Shown: one piece after another, positions 1 to 11,967 of the stretch
Numbering within the stretch: position 1 is the first letter of the stretch
Layout: every line of letters begins with the position of its first letter
Assembly: GCA_034780895.1 (NCBI GenBank)
Contig: JAUZTB010000066.1
Span: 22,816,963 to 22,880,962, forward strand
Reading direction: 5' to 3'
Source: Rhynchobatus australiae
Lineage: Eukaryota
DNA: 64,000 nt
Program-made: the position numbers and the translations under genes
The notes under the pieces: model-generated
Databases searched by the model: none
Told to the model about the DNA's origin: nothing
Seen by the model: the letters and a program-made list of their open reading frames with translations, nothing else

Positions 1-639
1 CTTTCACTATACAACCAGGGATGAATCATAAATTTCCTTTGCCAGCTGAGATGCCCAACAACTTTATTAGTTAGTTAAGGTTTGAATGTGTATCTCTTGG
101 ATTATACATCTCCTCTGCTGGATAAACAGAGATTGTGTACAACCTCCCACAAGCAGCAGACCATTTGGGGAAGAAGATTTTTTTAAAGATTGAAAAATAA
201 ATGGAACCAGTGATAAGAAAAGACCAGCAGTGATAATATTGGTTTTACAAAAGAACAAGTTTACCATGAAACTTTTATCAGTAAGGTATTTTGTTAAGGC
301 TTTGCAGTAAACAGTCTCATGACTGACTCATGGGAGTCTGCTCACTGTCTCTGGGTGGTGCTGCTATATGAAACCAGTTATTGTTGACGTCCTTCTGATC
401 TAATTGCCATCTGTGTTATGTCCTCCTGGGAACAGGAGGTTGTAGAACAGTTGTAGTTGTCAGCGTCCTAAATCAGTTTCTATACGTCTATTCATTCCAG
501 ATAGATACCTTATGCTTAGTTCTTCATGCCCTAATTCCTGGTGGAATAGCTTAATCCTTTGGAATGGGAGGATTCCTGTTTCCACTTGCAAGCCCCTTTA
601 TTAAATAAATCCCTTTGATTTATGTAAAACACTGAGTTA

Positions 640-698
640 TTGTTGTGTGTGTGTTGTGTATGTATGTGTGTGTATGTGTATATGCATGTACATATGTA
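640..698. repeat. Imperfect (TG)n/(TGTA)n microsatellite
   Basis: tgttgtgtgtgtgttgtgtatgtatgtgtgtgtatgtgtatatg seen directly. Confidence 0.8.
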
Positions 699-1177
699 CT
701 TTCTCCTTCATGTGTTCCTCCTTCAGGATTCTGAAATCCTATAAAATGCATGTTTGAGAGAGGAAAAGGTGGACAAATACAGCCAACATTATCATGCATA
801 TTCTGAAATTAGGAAGTGAATGGGAATAAATCCCATGATGCTGCTGTTTTGTCATCAGTTTACGATTTTTCATTGTTTCCAGTTGCTTCACTAGTGAGGC
901 CCCTCACCCTAATACAGCAGCTGGAAGCACCCCCCTCACTCTGTGAGCTTCACACAATGATAGGCACACCCATGCCCATTAGAACCTGCTTGTCAAAATT
1001 GGGCCACTTTTAGTTTCTAAGCAAACATCTAACACTTTTTATGCCTCTATTACATCTGTGATCTTGCTGAGTTTATTTACATAGCAATAGGGTGTTAAAA
1101 TAAGGCTGATGTTGAAGTTCAACCTTGGAGAATTGTAAACAGACTCAAGGGAATGGATTGCCTGTTAGTTTACATAT

Positions 1178-1646
1178 TTAGAAAATAGGAGCAGGAGTAG
1201 GCAATTTAACCATCCAAGCCTGCTCTTCCTTTAAATATAGTCATGCCTGATCCTCCATTTCAATGCTATATTCCTGCTTGCTCCCTATATGGCTTGGTGC
1301 CTTTTGTGTCTCAAGAAGTACCCACCTCCTTCTTAAATATACGAAGAGGCTCGGCCTCCACAACCTTCTGTGGCAGGGGTCTCCAGAGGTCCATTACCCT
1401 CTGGCTGAAGAAATTCCTTCTCAGTTCAGTCCTACATGTCCTTCCCTGTATCCTGAGATTGTGACCCTTCATTCTTGAGCAGCTGGCCAGGGAAAACATC
1501 CTCCCAACCTCCAGTCTTCCCAGCCATATAATAATTTCAAGGAGATCTTCTCTTGTTCCTATTATCTCTAGTGAATACAGGCCTAGTTGACTTCTCTCTT
1601 CTCTCCTCATGTGACAAGCTGGTGAACCTTCACTGTACTCGCTCAT
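1178..1646 (-). mobile_element. CR1 LINE 3' fragment (ORF2 C-terminus and 3' UTR)
   Basis: ORF 1311..1646(-) reads LGLYSLE..REDLLE..KGHNLRIQGRTCRTELRRNFFSQRVMDLWRPLPQKVVEA, the typical CR1 ORF2 end; tail reads aggagcaggagtaggc on +. Confidence 0.9.
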
Positions 1647-1883
1647 TTTGTTTTGTTCTTATGTTAGATTCAGACTAAAAAACATTTGGGTTTGGTCTAT
1701 GCTTAATTTGATTCTTGCAGTTCTCAATAAGAGAAATTAAAACTTCAATTGTTTTGGCTGGTGTACATTTTCTGCTCGTACAGACTTGCATCAAATAGTT
1801 AATTCCTCTAATTTAGCAAAGACAGGGAAATGATGTAAACATTTCAGGTTTGTTTCACCAACAGAGACCCAACAATTTTAGAA

Positions 1884-2268
1884 ATAAAGAAACAGAAAAT
1901 AGAGGGAAAGCTCAGCCAGAGTCCCTCCCCAATGACAGAGAAAGTAGCCAGGTCAATGATCCTCTGTTGGAATTGGAAATGTTGGAAATAAACCACTTTT
2001 AAATACAGACTTTGTGACAAAGGACAGGGAAAGAATGAAAGGGAGGGTCTGCAGGAGAGTTGAGGGCAGGAGAGATTAAATGGCAAAAGTGATGATGCTT
2101 TAAAATTAAAGGAAGGTGACAATAACTGGCTCACCCCCTTGCTTAATAGCTCTTCATCTTCTGATGAAAGATCTTCAACCTGAAATGTTAACACTACAGA
2201 TGCTGCCTGTCCTGCTGAGTGAATCTAGCAAGTTACGAGTCTATTTCAAATGTCTAGCTTCCGTTTTT
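1884..2268. mobile_element. Penelope-derived fold-back element with degenerate hammerhead core
   Basis: Left arm aaacagaaaatagagggaaagctcagc; right arm ctgatgaaagatcttcaacctgaaatgttaac..cagatgctgcctgtcctgctgagt; purine-rich spacer; same family as 7491, 11968, 25108. Confidence 0.65.
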
Positions 2269-3659
2269 GATTGACCAGCAGTTTTAGGCTTGGTGAACAG
2301 AATTAAATTTAGAAATGCCTTTATGTAGATGACAGGAAGGAGTTGAAATTCATTTCCAAAGTCTCTGACCCCAATCTAAATTGAGACAATAAAGAGTGGT
2401 CTAACTGGAAGTGAAGTGATACCAGAGGGAGGTTGAAGAAAATTAAATTTTCTGCATTTTAAGGGTTATGGAATGAACAAATGCTCTTGCTCTGCATACG
2501 ACTGAATGAAATGGCATCAATCAACACTTCCCCACTTACATAGATTATGATGTACTCAGCAGCCCTCAGCACTGTCAAAACACATCAGTTTAATGGTCAC
2601 TTTGCATCATTCTTATAAACCACATGATTCCCTGTGATTTCAGTTCCCATTGTTACTTGCACACACTACCAGTGTGCATGCACAAGAACCCGAAATCACC
2701 CTGTTCCCTGGTCATGCCTTGCTCTTCCTTGCCTCTTCCATGTTGAACTGAGCCACTGACGCAGCCTACAGATCCAGAAGGGTTAGATTTGTGCTGATTA
2801 TAACTTTCCAGTTGTGATTCAACAGTTATTCTGAAGGCTGTGTGAGTTGAGGGTTATATTTCTAAAGGCCCTGACAGGAAGCCAACAACAGTATGAAATG
2901 TAGTTTCATTCGTACACCCTGCTCCTCTGCTTTCTACCTTCACAAATCCAGCAATGAGCTAGTTGTATAACTGCCTGCATTCTTTGAATTTTCTCTGTGC
3001 TTCTTAGTAGAAGAATGTGGCCATTGTCCGAAAGTAATTTTTAAATCAGTTAATATGTTGCACTGACCAAAATCTGCATCACTGACTCATTATGACCACA
3101 AGTAGATGGCTGCCATTGACCTGTTTATTTAGATGAGTGTTTAACCTTTCCAAACCTCTGTCAATACTGAAATTAAAAATTTTGTAGATGTGAAATTTTT
3201 GACCAGTAATGTTTGTACACAGAAGCCCACATGTGCTATTTAATTCTCTGACTTTAACAGTGGTAAGTCAACAGAAACAATCTTTGTTGATTTATTAGTA
3301 ATAGGACTAGAACATTTTTTACATAAGGCAGGATGCTTTATTGTGTCACACAAGTGTATTATGTTTAAAATCCAGTCACTAAATGTAAATGGGACCATAG
3401 CACACTGCCCAAATTCAAAGATGCATTTACACTCGTACACCAGCAGCCACATGCAATGACCCAGTGCACATGTTGCCATCCTGTGTAAGATTCAGTTATG
3501 CATTCGAGTCCCACAAATGATGCCAGCCACTCACACTGAAGCCGGCTCTTGGTGAGGATTGCTCTGGCAAGAGTAAACAGGACAGTCTTCCCTGGTTTGT
3601 TGTTGGTGAGTTCAAAGCAACTGCTGTCTTGTAAATAGATTCTCTTTGAAGTACCTCCC

Positions 3660-4010
3660 TGAACATTCATTCCTCCCCCTCCTCTTCCACTCATGTAACT
3701 AAGGCTACTGATGGCCTCAGGAACCTGTTTGCGTGTCCTCCTGCTCTCTTCCGCTGATCCCCAGTTTAATTGTCTCTCCAACCAAGTCCCCACCTTTGAC
3801 ACAAGCACATCTTACAATCCCCACCCTATGCCTCCCCATGACACAACCAATTCCCAGAGCTGATCCTCCTCCCCTCCTTCCAGGTCCAATCTATTCTCCC
3901 TTCCCTACTCTCCAGCCACCCCCTTTCTTCCCCATGTATGCAACCCCACTCCCACTCTCCCAAACCTCACCATTGATTCATGGTCTACCTGACTTTCTCC
4001 CACAGAACTA
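3660..4010. repeat. C/T-rich low-complexity tract
   Basis: Dense ccc/ctcc runs on + strand, which also explain the Pro-rich ORF 3733..4011. Confidence 0.6.
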
Positions 4011-4861
4011 GTGGTGAAAAGGCCTTTACTACACCAAGTTGTGCAAAATCCATTCTCCCACTGACAAAGGGCCTCATACAAACCAAGTGCTGCTTCAACA
4101 TGCCTTTCCTGGCGGGAAAGAAATTCCAACCAGCTTTCTGAAAGCATTGTGCTATATCCCTTTATGTTTTCCTTTGGACAGAGCAATAACTTATGAACTA
4201 TAAATGTTAAAGCTTGCCACTCAAACCAATATGCAAACAAAACTTCTTTAAACCTCATTTATCTTCAAAAATGAGCAAACAAAACCCTCTCTCTGCTCTC
4301 TGTGTACAGAGCCTCTCAAAAATTAGGTCAAGATTTTGCTCTCTGCTGGATTAGCATTGTAGACATTGACAGCACAGAAGGAGGTCTTTCAGCCATGGTG
4401 TTAAGGGGTAAAGGCTTGGTCTACTCATGCTGAATATGCAGTCATTGGAGACAGCTGGTTGTTTTATAAGTTACCACCCATGTTCAAATCTTCTGTTTGA
4501 TTTCTGATCCAAACAGATCCTAGTTGTGGTAGCAGTTGGTGCTTCAGTGGGACTTGCTTTGGCTTTAGGTAAAGGAGACAATCTTATCTGGTTTGTTGCC
4601 AGTGAATCTAAGGCATCCACTGTCTTGCATGCTTCTGAACTTAGAAGAACAACTAAAAGAAAGGCAGTGTCTTACTCATCCAGTGATTCTCAGAAGAAAT
4701 GGATCCAGTTGAGTTCTGATGCACTCCAAACTTAAGTGATTGAATTTGAGTAAGGTAAATCAGTGGGCACTTAGGGACATGGTCTTGGATGTCAGCAAGA
4801 GTTGTCACCATCAGCACAGAAAAGGATACAGCTTAAAACTAAATAAATAACTTTAAACAAA

Positions 4862-5100
4862 AATGTGCACTCATAAATGTAACAAAATATCACAAAGTGC
4901 ATCATGAGATATCACTAGAAAACACTGAGAGCACACCAGTGAAGGACATGACATACCAGTCGGTCAAGGTGGTAATTTTTAAAAAGAGTCTGAGGGGAGG
5001 ATGAAGTGGTGAAAGACAAAGAGATTTTGAGATGAATTCCAGAGTGTGGGGCCTTAGCCAGCTAAAGGCACAGCGGCCAATACTGAGATGCACAAGTTTC
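4862..5100 (-). mobile_element. L2 LINE 3' fragment
   Basis: Minus-strand translation IGRCAFSWLRPHTLEFISKSLCLS..LFLKITTLTD resembles the L2 ORF2 end GGRAFS..P.LWNSLP..LR...FK..LKT.LF. Confidence 0.75.
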
Positions 5101-5399
5101 CAAAACTGGAGAAGTGCATCTCATTGTTGGCTGCAGTTATTATCATGTCGGGAGGGAGTTAAAGAGTAAGGGTTTCTTGTTAGTTTTGGACTTGCACAGA
5201 TTTGTCTTGTCAGTCAGACATACAAAGAATGTTAAAGCTGAAACTTGACCAGTTTACTGATCATGGCTAAATTTCAAAATGGAGTAGTTCTTTACCACTG
5301 CTTTTTGACATCATTGAAGATTTTTATATCTGAATGAGAACTAGTTTGTGCTTAATTGTGGACAGTTCTGTGATACTGATTCATGGCCATGATGACTCC

Positions 5400-5525
5400 A
5401 CTGAAACTGTTCAAGCCTTGACTGCCAGTTGCTGCAGGAAGTACTCCTCACATCAGTCCTGGTTGGATTTGAATCCAGGTCCCAGAGGTGAAAAACTAAT
5501 GCCTAAAACAACACACTAGTCAGTT
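5400..5525 (-). mobile_element. tRNA-derived SINE head (LF-SINE-like)
   Basis: Reverse complement ttttcacctctgggacctggattcaaatccaaccagg has a B-box-like ggattcaaatcc and resembles the recalled LF-SINE head. Confidence 0.5.
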
Positions 5526-7039
5526 TCTCATTGACTGTTGTTATTTTTCAAAAGAGTTAAACATTTATTATCTGAATAAACATTTTATTGTGTAAGAATG
5601 ATAGAAACATAGAAATTCCCAGACTGGGAGGAGGTTGTTTCGCCCATTGTCTGGGGGAAATCTCTTGAAGTAACCATGCTAAACATACAGTATTTGGGAA
5701 AAGCTGGGCAGTTTGCTAGTTGCCACCCATTTTCAAGTCTAGGGTTTGGTTTCTGATCCAGACTGGCTAGAAATTGGATTTCATTCATTTTTTTGTTGTG
5801 CTGGATTTTTCCCCCAAAAATCAAAGAAATCATTGTTGTGGTTTATTTCCTTTAAGGAGCATTAAACCCAGACTTATATGTTCATTGGTTGCAGCAGCTG
5901 CCTCCCTCACACTACCTTCTGGGAAGTAGGTCAGTGTCACTGAAGGGATCTTTCCATGGCAGGCCCCTATGAAGATGAGGGAAAAGTGGAGGTGGGGGGG
6001 GGNNNNNNNNNNNNNNNNAGTAACTGTAGCAGAGTGGAGGAAGGATTTAATGTTGCCAAGACCTGGTGCTGCGATTGACTCCAATGTGCTATCAGACCCA
6101 TCAGGTCACTCCATAACAATCATTGGAGCCACGGTGCTGCTCATCTGCAGGTGAAGGAAAATGCATCCAATTTCTGGACATTTGAGTTAAACGGAGCTTA
6201 GGGAACATAAATGACATTTTGCAATCCCTTAAGGGTTTCTAATGGCCTGCAGTCTAAGAACATGGACAGATTAATCTCCGGATTCCACTGAGTGAATTCA
6301 AATCTTTAAATAACACCGCATTTTTTTAATGAATAGGATTTTAGGAACTTTTGAATATTAAGAAATAAAGGACCTGAAAGGGGAATTTTTAAAAATTTTA
6401 ACTATAGGGAAAAGCTAATATTTGATTCTTACTCCATTTTTCTTTTTTTACCTAATACTTGAGAACTAAATCTAATTCTTCCCCTGTCAGTTTCCTAAGG
6501 CAATGATTAGATCTAGGTGTCAGTATGTGTATTTGTAGATAGAACACTATTACTGAACACTGTGATATGGAAGGACAGAGTAGCTGAATATTATTTTTAT
6601 GATTCAATAATAGATAATAATAATTGTATTTTCATCGGTTAACCTCAGCCCCATTCATTTACCCAGGAATAAGAGTCTGACTTCCCTTCTCTGTTTATCT
6701 CTGTCATATACTGAAATGGTGAAGCTGTGCATCAGGCCCTGTGGCTGGGTTGATTGCAGTGTCTTAGTGATGTTTCTCACAGTTCACGAACAAAACAAAA
6801 TAGATTAAAAACATTGCATGAGATAACCTGGTGGTTCTGATGGTTAGTCTGCCAATATGCTGCTCCAAAGGAGAGAATCCAGATTTGTCTTCCTTAGAAC
6901 CCTTGGCCAAGGAAACACTTTCAGTTAACAGTTGTGTGTTTAACCTCTTACTGACCATTCTATTATTGGTTCCAGATCCTCAGACTACATCATTGTGTAG
7001 TTTAGGTTAAGGTACCATAGGCTTCAAACCTTTTTCTGG

Positions 7040-7490
7040 GAGGCAAATAGACAGCAATACCCTGGAGAATATGGACCATTTACTACATCTCAGGAGCCAC
7101 CTCTTGGTGAAGGAAGACATTGATGGTGAAATTCACCAATGCTTTTAGTGTGCCATCACAGCCTTTGTTTGGGAGAGGAGGAGGAGGATATTTGAAGGTC
7201 AAGACCTTAGACCCAGCACAAAACTCATGCCCTATGGAGCATCGATGATCACTGCCGTCCTATATGCTTCTGAGACCTGGACTAGCTGCAGCAGGCATTT
7301 CAAGGAACTGACAAAATACCACAACACTGTTCTGGCAAAACACTCCAGGCCCAGCATCAGAGTCCTCTCCCCAGCTGACATCCCCAGCAATGCCCCTCTA
7401 GTTGCACTCAGCTGCCTACGATCTGCAGGCTATGTAGTTCATTTGCCTAATACCAGTAGTTCATTTGCCTAATACCAGACTGCAAAGTTA
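7040..7490 (+). mobile_element. RTE-clade LINE fragment, 5' part (decayed RT C-terminal region)
   Basis: Translates as LENMDHLLHLRSHL..DIDGEIHQ, then ITAVLYASETWT..RHFKELTKYH..LRSAGYVVHLP, with stops and frameshifts. Confidence 0.85.
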
Positions 7491-7816
7491 GGCAACAAAT
7501 AATCAGCTGGAGGAACTCAGCAGGTTGAGCAGTATCTATGGAAGAAAAGGAATTGTCCACATTTCAGGTCAAAATCTTGCATCAGGGCTCCTTCCTCAGT
7601 TCACCAATCACCTCAGATTCCTGTCTCACCACTCCTCTTCTCCCTTTTATACTGGCCATCACTCTTCTGCACTCCCAGTCCTGATGCAGGGTCTCGACCT
7701 GAAATGTCTACAGTTCCCCTCCCCCTCCCCACCAACAGATGCGGCACGACCTTCTGAGTTCCTCCAGCAGCTTGTTTGTTGGTCCACATTCCAGCATCTG
7801 CAGTCTCTTGTGTCTC
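7491..7816. mobile_element. Penelope-derived fold-back element inserted in the RTE; hammerhead-like core in each arm
   Basis: ~95-bp imperfect inverted arms (7493-7589 / 7677-7781), including a perfect 15-mer gctggaggaactcag 7506-7520 / ctgagttcctccagc 7754-7768. Confidence 0.8.
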
Positions 7817-8050
7817 CAAAAATAGGCATTCTAATGTAAGTTCTGTGATGGGAAGAGATTACCAGGCAGGTAGAGGAAAAGACTCAAGGCCGAGCTCAAA
7901 ATTTCCTTGAGAAAAGACAATATCCCTAGTCCCTTCTGGAAATCCCTGGCACATAACTGCTCAAAATGGCAAAGGAGCATTCAGATGGCTTTGAGAACCT
8001 GAAGTTCATGTGTCGGAAGCATACAGAAGTAGTGGAAGGAGCGCACCACT
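7817..8050 (+). mobile_element. RTE-clade LINE fragment, 3' continuation
   Basis: gggaagagattaccaggcaggtagaggaaaagactcaag translates GKRLPGR*RKRLK, followed by WKSLAHNCSKW; continues the RTE ORF after the insert. Confidence 0.8.
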
Positions 8051-8489
8051 TCACGAGCTACACCACTTGGCCACAACTTCTGTCCCATTTGGGAAGGAAG
8101 GATTAGTGTGGGGATCACAGATGATCCAGATGATGTGTATTTATGTATTTTTAAGCAGGAGTAGAAACAATGGCTGACATCACTGCTTCTTAGCCAATGG
8201 TGCTAAGGCCCATTATAGTAAGCCAACCACCACCCCGACTGATCAACCTTCTCAGCACAAGCTGTGATGTTGGGTAGGCAACTTCATGGCTTGTTTACTC
8301 ATTTCTATTTTGGTGAGTAAACTGGTAACTCACCCATTGGAGAAAATATTTAAAACATGTTCAGAGCACTGATGGATGGAGGACTGTGTATTACTGTTCT
8401 AACTGAGGATATTTTACAATACTAGCCCAAAAATCACTGAGAGCCATTGTGTTCAGATTTGTCTTTTGGAAAGTGCAGCTTCAATTCAA

Positions 8490-8745
8490 GCATAGACTTA
8501 AGGGAGAAGGTTAGGAGAGTAGATAAGAGAAAAAAAAATCACCCAGAGTGTGTTGGGGTCTGGAATTCATTGCCTGAAAGAAACCCTCATCATATTTACT
8601 ATAAATTGTACTGGATGGGCTTGATGGGACCTTCAGGGCTATGGACTTGGTGCTGGAGGGTGGGATTAGGTTGGGGAACTCTTATTTAACTGGCATAGAC
8701 CTGACGGTCTGAATTGCCCTCTGTGTGTACATCTGTTGCAATTCT
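8490..8745 (+). mobile_element. CR1 LINE 3' end
   Basis: cacccagagtgtgttggggtctggaattcattgcctgaaag (TQ..VGVWNSLPE) followed by a CR1-type UTR. Confidence 0.75.
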
Positions 8746-9514
8746 AAGCAGAGGTTTACATTTGACAGAAATTAGTCTTTAAATCACATATCTCTTTGCT
8801 GTCTTTGGGCATTGGGTTTTCACAGCCAACCCAGAGATTGTTAAAATTCAAAAATAAGTCATTCTTAGATTTAACAGCAAAACTATTGCCTGCTGAAGAT
8901 AAAAAGCTGACAAGCTACCTGTGAATGAGTAATGATGTCTCCAGTTTTGCTGACTGGGTTCAAGTTAGTTGACAAGAAAAAGAAGTCAGAATTATTGACT
9001 GCATGTAAATACAGGCATTGTAATGTTCATATTTTTTTCAGTTCAGCCAGGATGGGTTGAATCAATCAGCCCATCAATAAAGCACAGACAAGTTTAAAGA
9101 GAGTGCTCTTGAATTTTTATTTTTAAAAAAGCACGATTGACAGAGGTGCCTAGATTAATATTTTTCTATTTTTTTCATGCTCAGCAAAAGCACATTAATG
9201 CTGCTTTGATATATTCAACATTGAAAAGAAACATTGAGAGGTAAAAATTGCTTCAGTTCACATTCATTAGTCTGCTGAAACTTTCCCCTGGAAAAATAAT
9301 GCCCTATTGAAATGCAGTGGGCCTGTTGACTTCTTAGAGGAGGAATTTGTTTTTTTGTAATCATTAATAAACAGCAAAGCTAAAACTATCGGTTATCCAG
9401 AACTAGCGCGTGAGAGATGTGCCACACACCGTCAGTTTGTTTCCTCCTCTGAAATTCCTCCTTAGTTGATGTGAAATCATTAGCTTGCTGAGGACCAATT
9501 TACTGGTTGTCCCC

Positions 9515-9595
9515 ATCTCCTTGTTCAAGTAATGACTGTTAGAAGGCTATTTGACCCTAACTGTGTTGCAGCTGAGCCCAGCTCTGCTCTCACAC
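9515..9595 (-). mobile_element. SINE body fragment, same family as 57925-58150
   Basis: Reverse complement gtgagagcagagctgggctcagctg..tcaaatagcctt..cattacttgaacaagg aligns loosely to gtaagagggcaagatcaggctaagcag..ttgaataatctt..aattacttggataagg. Confidence 0.45.
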
Positions 9596-10229
9596 AGGTC
9601 TAGAGGTAAACTGTAGGAACATTGTATGGACTTGCCACTGCAAGCTTCATTACTTCTGGAGACCCAAGGTGTAGAGTGCTATTGAGTGACGGTGGCACTC
9701 TTTGTATGAAGTGCTCTGGAACAAGTGAGGGAAAGTACAGCATCCAGGACCGAGGCTGGGACAGGGATCAAGAGGAAACCAATAATCGGGGACCTGGTTG
9801 GACCCCTTTGGAGGTAGGGTCTTGTTAGTGGTGGCCGGCTTGAGATTAGTTCTTGTGGAATCAAATTTCCAGAGAGACATGATTCAACCAGGAAATGCTT
9901 GCTGTCACATTGCACTCTGGACAATAACTTGATTTATATTCCAATAACATTGAAAGAAAAGTGCTGAACATGTGAATTGTGAGGCCACGGTATTCCAGAG
10001 GTGATCATTGTATGACAGCTAGCGATAAACATCATGAACAACTTTTTGTCCATACAACGAAATATTATTGAGATGTGCCCATTTCCCAACTTGTATCTAG
10101 TAAAATACACAGCTTAGTATGACTTGTGTTTGTTTACTGAGCCACGGAGAGAGCATTTTGTTTTACACTGCAATTCTTTTTGTTGCTCTGTTAAGATAAG
10201 GTCCGCAAAATAGTCCTGCTTGGCTGAAG

Positions 10230-10445
10230 GATTGTTAAATACTTCCTTACCAAAGTCCTCCTAAAATCTATAGATGCTACATCAATTAAGCTTTCAAGAC
10301 TGCAAAAGATAGCTTTGTGTTAGGCAATGGCATTCAGGGATCTTTAGAAAAGACAGATGTATGGATTTGAAAGACAAATTATCCATAAACAAGCTGAGGC
10401 AGGAGGCCATTCTGTCTTGGCTGAATAGCCTCCTGTTATTCTAAC
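10230..10445 (+). mobile_element. Old CR1 3' tail
   Basis: tagatgct..ctttcaagactgcaaaagatagctttgtgttaggcaatggcattcaggga..ggctgaatagcctcctgttattct. Confidence 0.55.
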
Positions 10446-10785
10446 ACCAGAAGGAGCAAATTAATGTCGTACTGCCTCGTTGTACAATGATGTATCTCCT
10501 CAATTCCCCTGATACTTTCTTTGATGAAATTTGTCATCAAAGATAAAATGTTAAAATATTCCTAAGTGCTACCAAACTGCCATGCTTGTTGATTAACCCA
10601 TTCCTCTGTGCCTGCCACCACCTCTGGCACATGACTCAGAGGTCTTCTTTACCATATGGGTTAGAGTGAAGGCTTTGAGCAGTGGGATCACTCTAGGTAA
10701 AGCGATAACACCTTGCATCCATAGAGTAGTTTAATATTCGAAGGCTACTTGCCTGACATGAACCTGGAGCCTGCAGGAGAAAGCT

Positions 10786-11010
10786 TTTCTTTTTCAATCT
10801 TTTTATTAGTTTCCAAATTAATGCAGATTAATATATAACATCAATGATTGTACATGTAATACAAAGAGATCAAGAGAATAATCACGGCATAGATAATCAT
10901 AAAGAATAATAAAATATAAAAAAAATCTTTAGGTCTCACAATCTCTTAGTAGATGAATATAGTATAACAGAAAGGAAAGAAAAAGATTTATTGTATATAT
11001 AAAAGAAAAG
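10786..11010 (-). mobile_element. L1 3' UTR, copy 1 (runs into a gap)
   Basis: Closely similar to 12311-12530; begins ttttctttttcaatctttttatt (aataaa and A-rich tail on minus). Confidence 0.85.
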
Positions 11011-11110
11011 NNNNNNNNNNNNNNNNNNNNNNNNNNNNNNNNNNNNNNNNNNNNNNNNNNNNNNNNNNNNNNNNNNNNNNNNNNNNNNNNNNNNNNNNNN
11101 NNNNNNNNNN

Positions 11111-11240
11111 TGTGTGTTTCGATCTACATATGACTAATAAAGATATCTTATCGTATATGGGCTGAACTGGATTGTTCTTTCAAAGAGCCAGTATAGGTAC
11201 AATGGGACGAATGGACTCCTGGTGTAATATTCTATGTTTC
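11111..11240 (+). mobile_element. Rex1/Babar-type 3' tail followed by a CR1 3' tail
   Basis: tttcgatctacatatgactaataaagatatcttatc then gagccagtataggtacaatgggacgaatggactcct..attctatg. Confidence 0.55.
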
Positions 11241-11779
11241 TCGTGTTGCAAATGTTAATATATAAAAACTTGTGGGACGTGAGTTGCAGCAAAACATACA
11301 CCGCCATCACCTGCACCACTTAAATCTGTGCTTGATGTAACATAGATCATTTCCCACAAGTCCCCTTTTGTGACTCATTTATTAGGTGATATTATGCCTT
11401 TCAAATTCTCTGCAGTAATCTTCTGCTCAAGTTTACATTCCAGGGCTAGGTGCCGTGGTTTATGTTTACATTGCTCTAAATTCACTACTTGATCTTGGGC
11501 GGCAGGAGGGGAAAAGGTACCAGTATTTTGTCAATGCCCACAGATTTACTAAGTGCAAGGCATTAGAAATGGTCATGTGTGCTGAGTGATGTGCTGTGGT
11601 GTGCTGAGTGACTGAGCCTTAACACAATAGTAGCTGTTTAAAGAAAAGGAATTGGTAGAAGATTGTTAAAGTTGTGCATGAAAGGAATTAACTTGAGCTT
11701 TTGAACTCCTTTTGGCTTAATATTCTACCAACAACATAATGATTTGTCTTTTTTTTGCTTGCGGATCCAAGAATAAATC

Positions 11780-11950
11780 AGTTGAAATGGGACTTGCAAG
11801 TATAGATTATATTGATCAGAAAAGAAGTAAATGGTTTGGGGCTATGTTCTTTCAAGGAGAATGCTGAGGAGTGGCCTGATAGAGGCGGTGAATATGAAGG
11901 GGTTTGATTAAGATACAAATCAAGATGTTTTCATGAGAAGAGATTAGTAT
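11780..11950 (+). mobile_element. Decayed CR1 ORF2 fragment
   Basis: ttggggctatgttctttc..ctgaggagtggcctgatagag..atgaaggggtttgat resembles LGLFSL..LRGDLIE..MKGFD. Confidence 0.6.
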
Positions 11951-11967
11951 ATAATCGCCCATAAGGA

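Noticed and set aside
3365-4258. Overlapping ORFs of 92-147 aa
   Set aside because: Low-complexity sequence is poor in stop codons; no recognisable protein
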